Shown: positions 48,497-58,702 of the stretch, one piece after another | Numbering within the stretch: the first letter of the stretch is position 1 | Layout: each line of letters starts with the position of its first letter | DNA from: Cyanobacteria bacterium auto_48_18 | GTDB taxonomy: Bacteria; Cyanobacteriota; Vampirovibrionia; Obscuribacterales; Obscuribacteraceae | Assembly: GCA_036170915.1 (NCBI GenBank) | Contig: JAVHQC010000032.1 | Coordinates: 32,001-96,000 of the forward strand | Length of the DNA: 64,000 nt | Direction: 5' to 3' | Position numbers and translations under genes: made by a program | Notes under the pieces: model-generated | Databases searched by the model: none | The model's input: only the letters and a program-made list of their open reading frames with translations | Told to the model about the DNA's origin: nothing

Positions 48497-49789
48497 CTAC
48501 TGCGACATACTGGCCGGAGCTTTGCTATTGAGCGACTGCACCGAGCTTATAGGCTCAGCAATTACTTTTGATTCGTTTTGCAATTCTTCACTGGCTTTTT
48601 GTGCCACCATATCTCCAGCCTGAACATTGCCGAAAATTTCTACGTTGCCATCCATCGTCTGACCCTTGCGCACTGTCACCCATTCCACCACGCCGTCCTT
48701 AACCTTGCAAACAAAAGTATTGAGCGGAGTTGATACCACTGCTTCAAGCGGTACAAAAAGCGATGTTTGTTTGCGACGGGTGGGCCAATAAATATTGCAG
48801 AACATGCCAGGCAAGACATCAAAATCAGGATTGAAATAGTTGAGTTCAACAGGCATGGTGCGGGTATCTTTGTCGAGATTGTTGCTGATGCGAGCAACAG
48901 TGCCCATAAATTTACGACCAGGAAAAGCCGAGACTGAAAATGCCACCTGCGAACCGACAACGACACCAGCAGTGTCAACTTCGGGCACTGGTGCAATTAC
49001 TCTCAACAAATCCATTTGTTTCACCCGACAAATTGGAGGATAGGCGCCGCTGCCATCAGGACCAACATAACTGCCCACGTGCATTTTGCGCTCAGTAACA
49101 TAACCGTTGAACGGGGCGGTGATTTCCAGATAAGAGGCGAAATCAGAATAGTTTTCAAAACCTTTTATGCGTGCGGCCAACTCTTGTTTGCGCATAGTCA
49201 CTTCGTGAGCTTTTGCATTGATGCGCTTGATGAAAGTATTGACTTCCTGTCTGTCTGCTTCAACTGACTGCGACCATTGCACAACGTCATTGTCGGCCAC
49301 CACTCCTGGTACCAGCGATGCTGCATAAACTCGTTGATAAGTAGATTGATCAGCCAATAAATTGGCCTGGCGTTTTTTCAAGTCGGCCTGCAGGTCTTGC
49401 AAATCTGATTCTTCTGAAGCAACAGCAGCTTTAGCCGCGGCCACGCGAGCCAGGGCTTCGTTGCGCGATGCCAAATATTCAGGCGCGTACATGGTGGCCA
49501 TTACTTCGCCTTTTTTAACCACTGAGCCTCGGTCAACGTTAATGGTTTTGATAAATCCTCTAATTTTGGGATAGATGAGCACGTCTTGATAGGCGTCAAT
49601 TTCACCTGGTAACTTATCTTCCCTGAAAAGAGTCTTGGCGGTTACCGGCACAGTTGGCACCGAAACCAGCACCGGAGCCGACGGAGCTTCAACTTTGGCC
49701 GGCTGAAAATATTGATAGGCATAGTAGCCGCCGGCAGCTACCACTGCCGCTATCGCCACCGTCAATCCGATTTTCTTTGCCGACGCCAT
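48497..49789 (-). CDS. RND periplasmic adaptor (MFP)
   Basis: TM anchor; IYPKIRGFIKTINVDRGSVVKKG, ITAPFNGYVTER and LPGMF motifs. Confidence 0.93.
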   Translation of the reverse strand: MASAKKIGLTVAIAAVVAAGGYYAYQYFQPAKVEAPSAPVLVSVPTVPVTAKTLFREDKLPGEIDAYQDVLIYPKIRGFIKTINVDRGSVVKKGEVMATMYAPEYLASRNEALARVAAAKAAVASEESDLQDLQADLKKRQANLLADQSTYQRVYAASLVPGVVADNDVVQWSQSVEADRQEVNTFIKRINAKAHEVTMRKQELAARIKGFENYSDFASYLEITAPFNGYVTERKMHVGSYVGPDGSGAYPPICRVKQMDLLRVIAPVPEVDTAGVVVGSQVAFSVSAFPGRKFMGTVARISNNLDKDTRTMPVELNYFNPDFDVLPGMFCNIYWPTRRKQTSLFVPLEAVVSTPLNTFVCKVKDGVVEWVTVRKGQTMDGNVEIFGNVQAGDMVAQKASEELQNESKVIAEPISSVQSLNSKAPASMSQ

Positions 49790-49804
49790 AAGTTTTTTCC
49801 TTAG

Positions 49805-52800
49805 TTAATGACCATGATCTTCAGGATGGAGCGAGCGAGTGCCTCTTCTGGCGGTGGCTTGAATAATGCAAAATACCAGGGGCAAAAGTGTTAGAACAGA
49901 TGTGGTAGACATCATCAGGCCGCCAATAACAGCGCGACCCAGAGACGCGCTTTGCCCGGTTGAAATGGCCATAGGCACCATGCCTGCAATCATAGCAATC
50001 GACGTCATCAGAATTGGCCGCATACGCATTTGTGCCGCATGCACCGCAGATTCTTCAGCACTCTTGCCCTCTTCTTCGCGAGTTTTCTCGGCAAAAACCA
50101 CAAGCAAAATAGCATTGGCGATGCCCACACCAGTAGACATAATGGCACCCATGAATGATTGAATATTCAGAGTGGTGCCGGTCAAGTGCAGCATGGTCAG
50201 CACTCCCAGTAAAATTGCCGGCGTAGTAGACATCACCACAAATACAATGCGAGCGGCCTGGAAGTAGGCCAGCAACATCAGAGCAATTACTCCTACTGCC
50301 AGCACCAGGCCGCCCAGCAGGTGATTGAAAGTGTCTTTCAGTAGAGGCACCTGACCGGTGACGTCCACAAAAACACCGGCAGGTGGTTTGCCTGCCCGCG
50401 CCACAGCACGCTTAATTTCTTCGCCCACGCTGCCAAGGTCACCACCAGAGACGTTGGCTGTGAGTGAAACCATACGCATCATGTTGTAGCGATCGAACTC
50501 ACCATTGGTGACACCATAGCTGACTTTCGCCACATCAGAAATGAGCGGATGTTGTTCTCTGCGCGTTTTACTGCCAGGATAAATCTTGTCTATCTCAGAA
50601 TTTTCCAGCAAGTCTTTGACGGCCATCTGGTCTTTCCGTCTGCTGCTCATAGTGGGGAACGTTTCAATGTCTTCTTTTGACCGAATTTGATCCTGCGGCA
50701 CCTGTACCTGCACCTGATAAGAAAAACCGCTTTCAGGGTCGCGCCATAGGCTCAAGTGAACGAATCTACTGGAGAAGAAAGCGGGTTGCAGTGACATACC
50801 GATTTCAGCAGGAGTAATGCCCAGCTGACCAGCGAGCTCGCGATCAATATCAATTTCGCAAGACGGATAATCTAGTGCCTGTCCCCATTGTAAATCGCGC
50901 AGACTTTTGACTTTAGCCATCTCTTGCAAAACTTTAGCGGCAAAAATTTTATTGGCAATTAAATTGTGACCGGCAACTTGCACGCAGATTGGTGTCGGCG
51001 AACCAAGGTTCATAATCTGGCTAACAAGGTCGCCTGGCTCAAATGAATATTTAGTGTCGGGAACAGCCTTGGCCAGGCGTTTACGCAAATTGTCTTTGAA
51101 GCGCGCCATATTGATGTGCGCACTTTCTTTAAGTTGCACATCCATCACTGCCTGGTGCGGGCCACTGGTCCATAAGAAAGCTGAGCTGATGGGAAACATC
51201 GGCGGCTGCTGACCGGCGTAACCAAGGCTTTTCTCTACATTCTCAGGACCGGCTTCGGCTTTAATCAACTCAAGTGTTTTGAGGACACGCTGTTCCAGTG
51301 CCTCAACCCGCATACCGGTCGGCGCCGTAATTCGCATACGAAACTGGCTGCTGCCCGAATCAGGAAACAACTCTTTGCCGATGGTGCTGTAGAGCACCAG
51401 CACAAGCGTTACGCTAGCCGCTAAATAACCGCCGACCACAAGATAACGCAGGGGCATCATCACGTGCAACAAGTCAGCCAGCCGGTCTTTCATTTTGTCG
51501 ACAAGATCTGGTTTATGCTCTTTTTTATCTTTGCGGCGGCCAATTTTCTCAGCGTGCTCATCATATTCTTCGTCGCCTTCACCATCTGCCACTCCTTCAT
51601 GCTCATCTTTGAGCAACCAGATGGCCATAATCGGCACCAGGGTTGATGCAAGAGTGGTGGAAGCCACCATGGCAAAACCCACAGCTAGAGACAATGGAAT
51701 GAACAACTCGCGTGTGATGCCCACCATAAAGAACGATGGAATAAATACTGCCACCACTGAAAGCATGGCGAGCAGTCGAGGCACCATTGTCTCCACACAG
51801 GCCTGATAAACGGCGCGCGTTTTTTCCACACCATTGGCCAGGTGGGTGTGCATATTCTCAATGCAAACTGTGGCCTCGTCGACGAGAATGCCGATAGATA
51901 GGGCCAAACCGCTAAGAGTTTGAATGTTGATGGTTTGACCAGTGAGCCACAAACCGACGATGGCAGACATTAAGGACAGTGGAATAGTTGTGACTACAAT
52001 AGCCGTGCTGCGCAGGTCGCGCAGAAAGAGCAAAATCATCAAACCCGGAAGAATTGTCCCGAGCACGCCCTCGTGAAAGACGTCGGTAATGGCCTCGCGC
52101 ACATACTTGCTCTGGTCAAATTCATAGCTGATTTTGACGTCGGCGGGCAAGACAGCCTGCATGCGCGGAAGAGAGGCAGTCAGTGCGTCAACAACCGATA
52201 CAGTAGACGCGTCACCCCTCTTTACAGCTGGAATGTAAACAGTGCGGCGGCCTTGATAAAGAGCGTAGCCTGCCAAAATATCTGAGGCGTCCTCAACTTT
52301 GCCTATGTCTTTGACAAAAATTTGAGGGCCGTGACCAGTGCGAATCGGCAAATAATCAAGCTGGTGAATATCAGGCAAATCGGTATTAACTGGCGCAATG
52401 CGCAAATAATCACCGGTGCGCACGTTACCAGATGGCATGACTTTGTTGCCGGTGGCCAGCGCTTCGACAATTTCATCGCCTGAAATGTTGTAGCGCCTCA
52501 GCTTATCGGCATCGACACTGAGTACGATAGAGCGAATATTGCCGCCAAAGGGCGGCGGCGCTTCAGCACCAGGAACGGTGGCAAGCAGTGGTCTTATTCG
52601 AGTGTAAGCTAAATCTTCGAGCTCTTTGACGCCCTTGGTCTCTGACGACAAAACCAGCTGCCCCACAGGCAAACTGCCCGCGTCAAATCTGAGCACAAAA
52701 GGGTTATAGGTGCCGTGCGGCATGAGGCTGGTGGCACGACTGGCCATGGCGACAATGGTAGCCATAGCGCTAGCCATATCTGTGTCAGGCTGGAAGAATA

Positions 52801-53077
52801 CTTTAATTACCGAGACGTTTTGAATAGTCTTCGACTCAATGTGCTCGATACCAGGTACGTAGAGAAAATACAATTCATAGGTGGAGGTGATGTAGCCCTC
52901 CATCTGCTCCGGCGACATGCCACCATAACCCTGAATAACATAAATGGCCGGAATTTTTAAATCTGGAAAAATGTCGCGCTTCATTGAACTGACAGCCAAA
53001 AACGCCACGCAGACAATGCTTATCACCGCAGCGATAATAGTAATTGGACGCCTCAGGGCAAAACTAATAATCCACAT
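49805..53077 (-). CDS. RND efflux permease (AcrB/CzcA superfamily)
   Basis: FALRRPITI, DIFPDLKIP, GILVDEATVCIEN, ANAILLV and RMRPILMT motifs; ATG at 53077. Confidence 0.95.
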   Translation of the reverse strand: MWIISFALRRPITIIAAVISIVCVAFLAVSSMKRDIFPDLKIPAIYVIQGYGGMSPEQMEGYITSTYELYFLYVPGIEHIESKTIQNVSVIKVFFQPDTDMASAMATIVAMASRATSLMPHGTYNPFVLRFDAGSLPVGQLVLSSETKGVKELEDLAYTRIRPLLATVPGAEAPPPFGGNIRSIVLSVDADKLRRYNISGDEIVEALATGNKVMPSGNVRTGDYLRIAPVNTDLPDIHQLDYLPIRTGHGPQIFVKDIGKVEDASDILAGYALYQGRRTVYIPAVKRGDASTVSVVDALTASLPRMQAVLPADVKISYEFDQSKYVREAITDVFHEGVLGTILPGLMILLFLRDLRSTAIVVTTIPLSLMSAIVGLWLTGQTINIQTLSGLALSIGILVDEATVCIENMHTHLANGVEKTRAVYQACVETMVPRLLAMLSVVAVFIPSFFMVGITRELFIPLSLAVGFAMVASTTLASTLVPIMAIWLLKDEHEGVADGEGDEEYDEHAEKIGRRKDKKEHKPDLVDKMKDRLADLLHVMMPLRYLVVGGYLAASVTLVLVLYSTIGKELFPDSGSSQFRMRITAPTGMRVEALEQRVLKTLELIKAEAGPENVEKSLGYAGQQPPMFPISSAFLWTSGPHQAVMDVQLKESAHINMARFKDNLRKRLAKAVPDTKYSFEPGDLVSQIMNLGSPTPICVQVAGHNLIANKIFAAKVLQEMAKVKSLRDLQWGQALDYPSCEIDIDRELAGQLGITPAEIGMSLQPAFFSSRFVHLSLWRDPESGFSYQVQVQVPQDQIRSKEDIETFPTMSSRRKDQMAVKDLLENSEIDKIYPGSKTRREQHPLISDVAKVSYGVTNGEFDRYNMMRMVSLTANVSGGDLGSVGEEIKRAVARAGKPPAGVFVDVTGQVPLLKDTFNHLLGGLVLAVGVIALMLLAYFQAARIVFVVMSTTPAILLGVLTMLHLTGTTLNIQSFMGAIMSTGVGIANAILLVVFAEKTREEEGKSAEESAVHAAQMRMRPILMTSIAMIAGMVPMAISTGQSASLGRAVIGGLMMSTTSVLTLLPLVFCIIQATARRGTRSLHPEDHGH

Positions 53078-53081
53078 ACTA

Positions 53082-54581
53082 TTACCTGGTTTTCCCCGAC
53101 TTGCCTTCGACGATATCGACAATTTCAAGGAAAGGTTTTAAATCACCCTGGGCGTAAGATAAAAGTAAAATCGCTCGCCATACTTCAACCTGCGCCACTG
53201 CGTCTTCCACTTCTGCCTCAGCCAGCGCCTTTTCAGCTTGCGCCAGGCTAACCATATCAGTCAGACCTGTGCTGTACCGTTTACTAACTTTGAGTTCTCG
53301 CACTTTAGCCGCTTCAACAAGAGCAGGAGTTTCGTCAGCTACTTTGCGCGCCTGCCTGAGCATGACGCGGGCTCGTGCATCTTTCTTTTCTAGAATTTGC
53401 ATGGCCAGGTCTAAATCAGCTCTGGCCGCCATTTCGTTGTTAACGGCAATGCGCTTCTGGGCCTTTAATGGAAAATATTCCATCACTGGAAAACTAAAGG
53501 AAGCGCCCACCATATAATTAAACACTTGAGGCAATGCGCCACCACCCACGGGGCGAATCGGATTAACTCCATCGCTGCTGCCTTTGCCCCAGACCGACGA
53601 GTTAAACCACAAGTGTGGTCTGTAGGCTTTATCAAGCACTATTTTCTTTGCTTGCCATCTTTGAATTTCAGCCGACTTGAGTAAAGCCAGTGGGTGCGAC
53701 GAAAGATCAATCGGTCGCATTGCTTGAATTTGAGAAGGGCTGCGCACCAGCGGATTGGAAACAATATCAATATCAGTGGTGGCGGTGCCCATTTTTTCGG
53801 CCAGAGCGACCAGTGCCAATTGCGCATTCTTCTCAGATTTAATTACGTTGATTCTGGCTTTTGCTACTTCGTAATCCCAATCAGCTGCTTCCACACCCGG
53901 TTTTAAACCTTCAGCAACAAGTGTTTTGGCTCGCACATTAGCGGCTTTCATATGCGATAACGCAGCTTCTGTGGCGTAAATTATTTGCTTGGCGGCCACT
54001 GCTTCAAGAAAGGCTTCAGCAGCATCATATGCAACATCTAACTGAGTGAGGTTGACGTCGGCACGCGCAGTGCGAGCGTCTGCATAAGCAAAATTATCGT
54101 TGGCGTGGCGCAGGCCAAAATCAACCAGCAGCCAGTTTAAGTTGACACCTTGAAGGTTGTTGACCAGTGGACGCATACTCGATCTTTGTGACACCGGCCC
54201 CGAATCAATTGGCACTGTGTCAAAACCAGACACGTTGTTCATAACCGTGCTGGCCACGCGGTTGCCGGTGATAGCAGACTCTTGAATATCGATATTGAGG
54301 TTGGGCAAATATTGAGTCTTAGCCAGGGTGACATTGGCCATGGATGCCTTAAGTTTGAATCTTTTTGAAGCTATGCTTGGATAGTTGCGCACCGCCACAT
54401 CAACAGCTTCACGAATGGTGATGGCCGATGTCGGACGAATGGGCTGAAATTGAAAATCAATCACGGCAGTTTCGCGGCCGGCGGCCCAGGCCGCGTTAAT
54501 ACAAAACAACAGGCAAAAAAATGCCAGTGAAATGCAGGTGATTTTCTCGATTACCAGGCTGTTTCTAATCAAAGCTTCCAT
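53082..54581 (-). CDS. TolC-family outer membrane factor
   Basis: Signal peptide; ITIREAVDVAVRNYPSI, YLPNL, LNWLLVDFG and RYSTGL motifs; first gene of the OMF-RND-MFP operon. Confidence 0.9.
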   Translation of the reverse strand: MEALIRNSLVIEKITCISLAFFCLLFCINAAWAAGRETAVIDFQFQPIRPTSAITIREAVDVAVRNYPSIASKRFKLKASMANVTLAKTQYLPNLNIDIQESAITGNRVASTVMNNVSGFDTVPIDSGPVSQRSSMRPLVNNLQGVNLNWLLVDFGLRHANDNFAYADARTARADVNLTQLDVAYDAAEAFLEAVAAKQIIYATEAALSHMKAANVRAKTLVAEGLKPGVEAADWDYEVAKARINVIKSEKNAQLALVALAEKMGTATTDIDIVSNPLVRSPSQIQAMRPIDLSSHPLALLKSAEIQRWQAKKIVLDKAYRPHLWFNSSVWGKGSSDGVNPIRPVGGGALPQVFNYMVGASFSFPVMEYFPLKAQKRIAVNNEMAARADLDLAMQILEKKDARARVMLRQARKVADETPALVEAAKVRELKVSKRYSTGLTDMVSLAQAEKALAEAEVEDAVAQVEVWRAILLLSYAQGDLKPFLEIVDIVEGKSGKTR

Positions 54582-54702
54582 CGAATAAAATTCGCTTTGC
54601 CTGCGAAAAAATACAATTAGCCGCAGTCAAAACACTTGACAGGGCCGTGTAAACTGCGAACGTTCTATTCGCAGAAAGAAGTGATAACCTGGCAATTATA
54701 TA

Positions 54703-55470
54703 ATGCTCGAGCTGGTGCCTTATTTGTCAAAACTCTTTGTCTTATTAATCTTATCTGGCTTATTCGCCGCGTCAGGGGCTGGATTTTCAGCGCCGGCACT
54801 GGCACAGAATCAAGATGCTGTAGGCAAAATGTTTGGCGAATTTGACGGCCAAGCTTTTCGCAATTCGTTTTTCTCGCAACATGGGCGGCCAGACCAGCCT
54901 GGCGACGACGAACTTGAGTACGAAGAGCTGAGTAAAAGACGCCTCGAAAGACAGGAGAGAAAAGAGGCAGACGAAATAAATGAAGAAAAAGATAAGTTAA
55001 AAAGACAAGCGCGTTTGAAAGCTATTTCTGATGGCGATTCGCTGCTTTTAGACCATAAATATGTCACGCCACTTTTTGAAAAAGACTTCCGCATAAGAGT
55101 GTTGCCGCCCGATTTATTCTCCGACGATAGACCACAGTCTGTTTTTGGCTTTGCACAATTAGACTCGCATGACGACGACGACAGTGACAAAGGCGACACC
55201 TTAGATGACTGGAAGAAAGTACGACGGGCGAGTCCTGGACTCTTCCCCCGGGCCCGTGAGCTCGACGAAAGAGACGACCTCAAACGCCGAGATCTGGCCA
55301 AACTGGCTGGTCCAGTGCGTGAAGTGACCGGTGATTGGGTGCCAAGCAAGTTGGATCCTCTTTCAAACGGCGGCTTCACCATCGCACCTGACAACGGCTC
55401 ACCTGTGCCGTATAAGTTAAATGGTCACGTCGACATTCAAAGGGGCCGCCCCTGGAATGATAATGACTGA
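54703..55470 (+). CDS. Secreted, highly charged hypothetical protein
   Basis: Signal peptide ending PALA; D/E/R-rich body; TATAAT overlapping the start region. Confidence 0.65.
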   Translation: MLELVPYLSKLFVLLILSGLFAASGAGFSAPALAQNQDAVGKMFGEFDGQAFRNSFFSQHGRPDQPGDDELEYEELSKRRLERQERKEADEINEEKDKLKRQARLKAISDGDSLLLDHKYVTPLFEKDFRIRVLPPDLFSDDRPQSVFGFAQLDSHDDDDSDKGDTLDDWKKVRRASPGLFPRARELDERDDLKRRDLAKLAGPVREVTGDWVPSKLDPLSNGGFTIAPDNGSPVPYKLNGHVDIQRGRPWNDND

Positions 55471-55485
55471 CAAGTCAGTCGCCAG

Positions 55486-57021
55486 CTATTTGTAAGTCTG
55501 CAGCAATTGCGCCGACAAGGCATCAGCCAGAATGCTCTTAGCTAGAGCCTGCATTCTGTTAGCTTCTTCAACTTTTCCACTGCTGCGCATCACCTGCAAA
55601 TAGTCTTGCAAGCACGCAGCAACAAAAACACTTCTGCTGCCGGTGGCATCGTCGGTGCTGGCCAGAGCCCAGGCGTAAGCGGCTCTGGCATCTTCAAGCT
55701 TGCCCTGACAGTAAGACATGAAGGCAAGCTCGTTTAAACGCTGTGCTACTTCAAAAGTTTGAGCTTGCAGTGGAATCTTTGCCGCATCGGTAACCAGTGG
55801 CGATGCACCACTAGTAGTATCAGCGTTATCGCTAATCAGACGCAAGAGAATTTTCAAATGCTTGATGGAAAGATCGTCGGCGGAATAAACTGATTGATAG
55901 ATGGAAACTGCGCGCTCAAGCAAGGGCCTAGCTTCAGCATAACGGTGTTGTGAGACATAAATCGCTGCCAGACCTTTTAAATCCCGAGCCACACTAGGAT
56001 GATTCGGCCCTAGAGTTTTTGTGTCAATGGCGACCATGCGCTCGTAATAATCGATGCCCTCTCCAGGTGCAGCCGATGAAGATGATGACCCTGGTGATGA
56101 CGAATCTACTTTTTCTGACGGCCCCAGAGATGCCAGAAGCTGTGCTGCTGTGGTAAACGTTTCAAAATTGTTGGGCGGTAGAGAATTATCTGGGGGAGAA
56201 ATTCTTTCTAAAGCAGGTGAAGCACCGGCGTTTTGAATGTCACCACTTGCTGTCAAACGCGTTTGCATAGCCTGCTGCCAGGCTGATTGAGGCACGGCTC
56301 GGGTACGACCTAATAACTGCACTTCGTCTTTAAGCAATTCTTGCTCAAATTTTGAAGCAAGAATTTTAGAGGGCCCATTATACTTGTGCATCAAATCGAG
56401 ATAATCGCTTAAAAGCTCAAGCGCCACATCTCGAGATGGCAAATCTTTCTGACCCATCAAAATTGCAAGCGCGCTGCGATAATGCTCTTCAGCCTCTTTA
56501 GCTAAACCCTGGTGAAATTGAGCATGACCCAGCTTGTGCAGAGCAGTTGCCAGCTCCATACTATTCGCGCCTGATTTAGCGTGAGCAATCGCCTCCGCAC
56601 GGGCGTAGAACACCCCGGCCTTTTTATATTCACCCTCAATTTCAGTGACACTACCCATGGTGATCAGAACAGGCAGTAACTTAACACTTTCCTTTCCATA
56701 CTGCCGCTCCAGAATCTTCAAAGCTTTTCTATAAAGCGACCAAGATTCTTCTTTGTAATTTTCCAACTGCAACAAATCAGCCAGCGCGAGTGTGCAGAGC
56801 ACGAGCTCATCTTCAGTGTGTGCAGAGCGTTTCACCTCTCGAAGAGCTTGCCTGAAAGATACTTCAGCAGCTGTGTACGACTTTGAGAGAAGCTGGTTTT
56901 GGCCCTGGTCATAAAATGTGTGCCAATAATCAGTCGATGCCGCAACAGCAACTAATGGCAGCAATGTCAGACAACAGGCAGCGCTAAACTTCTGAACGAA
57001 ATTAAGGCGCACTTTTGGCAT
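55486..57021 (-). CDS. Secreted TPR protein, paralog of 46448..47926
   Basis: Signal peptide from ATG 57021; LGPNHPSVARDLKGLAAIYVSQHRYAEARPLLERA. Confidence 0.88.
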   Translation of the reverse strand: MPKVRLNFVQKFSAACCLTLLPLVAVAASTDYWHTFYDQGQNQLLSKSYTAAEVSFRQALREVKRSAHTEDELVLCTLALADLLQLENYKEESWSLYRKALKILERQYGKESVKLLPVLITMGSVTEIEGEYKKAGVFYARAEAIAHAKSGANSMELATALHKLGHAQFHQGLAKEAEEHYRSALAILMGQKDLPSRDVALELLSDYLDLMHKYNGPSKILASKFEQELLKDEVQLLGRTRAVPQSAWQQAMQTRLTASGDIQNAGASPALERISPPDNSLPPNNFETFTTAAQLLASLGPSEKVDSSSPGSSSSSAAPGEGIDYYERMVAIDTKTLGPNHPSVARDLKGLAAIYVSQHRYAEARPLLERAVSIYQSVYSADDLSIKHLKILLRLISDNADTTSGASPLVTDAAKIPLQAQTFEVAQRLNELAFMSYCQGKLEDARAAYAWALASTDDATGSRSVFVAACLQDYLQVMRSSGKVEEANRMQALAKSILADALSAQLLQTYK

Positions 57022-58585
57022 TCTCAATTTTTCGAGCCCTGAGATCGAGTAACTTGGCTTCATCTGCCCTGTTCAATGCGCGCAACAGAATTGCGTAGTT
57101 ACGCAATACCGCGCCCACGCTGTCATCATCCGGACCAAAAGTTTTCTCGCGAATCGCCAATGCCTTTTTATAAAGCGGCTCAGCTTCGGCGTAACGTTTC
57201 TGATCCCGGTATATGCGGGCCAAATTATTGAGTGCTGTGGCTAAATCAGCTGAATCAGGTGCTGTTTCCCGAATGCGCACGGCGTCTTGGAAGTAAGTTA
57301 ATGCTTGGGCTGATTTACCCTGCTGTTTGTAGAGAATAGCGAGATCTGTTGTGGTGGTGGCCACCGCCGGATTATCTTTACCAAGGGTAGTCTTGCGAAT
57401 ATCGAGAGCACGAAGCAAAAGGGGTTCGGCCTGCTCAAACTTTTCTTGCTCGCGATAGACTTCTTCTAAGTTTGTCAGCGCCACCGCCACATCTGGACCA
57501 TTGGCACCTTGCGCTTTTTCATACAAAGCCAGCGACTCTTTGAAAAGTTTTTCGGCCTCTTCAAACTTTCCTTGCGGCATTAGCGACAGCGCAAGATTTT
57601 GCATGCGCAAAGCCAGAACAACTGGTTTAGCACCATCCGTGGTTCTAGCGATTGTGAGAGCTTTGCGATATTGCTCTTCGGCTCCAAGATAATCCCCAGA
57701 CTCTTTGTTAACCATGGCCAGATTATCCATGGCAATGATTACATCACCGGGCTTGGTATTTTTGTCTTTCGACAATTCAGATACTGCTTGCTTTAAAAGC
57801 GGCTCAGCCTTGTCGAATTGACCCTTTTCTCGATAAGTGCGGGCCAAATTACTTAATGCAGCTGCTTTGTTATGGGCCGCATTCTCGGTATTTCCGCTAC
57901 TCTCGCCTGCTAGCTCGGCCACCTGTTTGTAAATCGCTTCAGCTTCTGCTGTTTTGCCTTGCTTGCGCAGAGTCACTGCCAGATTGTTCATGGCGACAGT
58001 CTGTCCATCTTTATTATTGGCCTGTTGCATCAGCGCGACCACACGCTTCAACGCGCTCTCAGCCTCGACAAACTGAGCTTTGTCAGTAAACAACGAAGCT
58101 ATGCCGGTAAGAAAAGGGGCAAGACGGGGATCGCTCTGTCCGGATTTCTTTTCAATGATAGCGATGGCTCGCTCGTACTGTACTTGAGCCTGATCAAATT
58201 TACCTTCCCTGCGGTAAAGTGCGGCTAGATTGCCGAGACTCGACGTAAAGCTGACATCCTCTTTATCTACTAGTTTTTCCTTTATGGCCAGGGCTCGAAT
58301 CAAGTATGTTTCGGCTTCGGCTAGCTTACCCTGGGCTTCATACACCAGAGCGAGATCGTTATAAGTCTTGGCTAAATACTTGTCTTCCAGCTTAGAGCTC
58401 TGGCACTCTGCGGCAGCTTCGTTGTAAAGCTTAATGGCATCTTCATACTCTTTGCCACGGGCAGCTTCCTGGGCCTTATTTAAAAGCTTTTCCCAATCGG
58501 CGGCGCCAGCTTGAGCCGGCAGACAGCTGCTTGCAAAAACGGCTAAAACGCCCAAAACAGCAATAGAAATTTTACGGCCGCGCAC
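57002..58585 (-). CDS. Secreted TPR protein (kinesin-light-chain type, about 11 repeats)
   Basis: Signal peptide; many LNNLARIYRDQKRYAEAEPLYKKALAIREK-type repeats; GAGGAG RBS. Confidence 0.92.
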   Translation of the reverse strand: MRGRKISIAVLGVLAVFASSCLPAQAGAADWEKLLNKAQEAARGKEYEDAIKLYNEAAAECQSSKLEDKYLAKTYNDLALVYEAQGKLAEAETYLIRALAIKEKLVDKEDVSFTSSLGNLAALYRREGKFDQAQVQYERAIAIIEKKSGQSDPRLAPFLTGIASLFTDKAQFVEAESALKRVVALMQQANNKDGQTVAMNNLAVTLRKQGKTAEAEAIYKQVAELAGESSGNTENAAHNKAAALSNLARTYREKGQFDKAEPLLKQAVSELSKDKNTKPGDVIIAMDNLAMVNKESGDYLGAEEQYRKALTIARTTDGAKPVVLALRMQNLALSLMPQGKFEEAEKLFKESLALYEKAQGANGPDVAVALTNLEEVYREQEKFEQAEPLLLRALDIRKTTLGKDNPAVATTTTDLAILYKQQGKSAQALTYFQDAVRIRETAPDSADLATALNNLARIYRDQKRYAEAEPLYKKALAIREKTFGPDDDSVGAVLRNYAILLRALNRADEAKLLDLRARKIENAKSAP

Positions 58586-58702
58586 AGATTGCTCCTCATC
58601 AATTGTGACTACTATAGCAGCGCTGCACTTCCAAAATATCTACAAACTTTTATCTAAAAAAGCTATTTGGCACTATGGGCAGTACCATTTAACAAAACCG
58701 CT

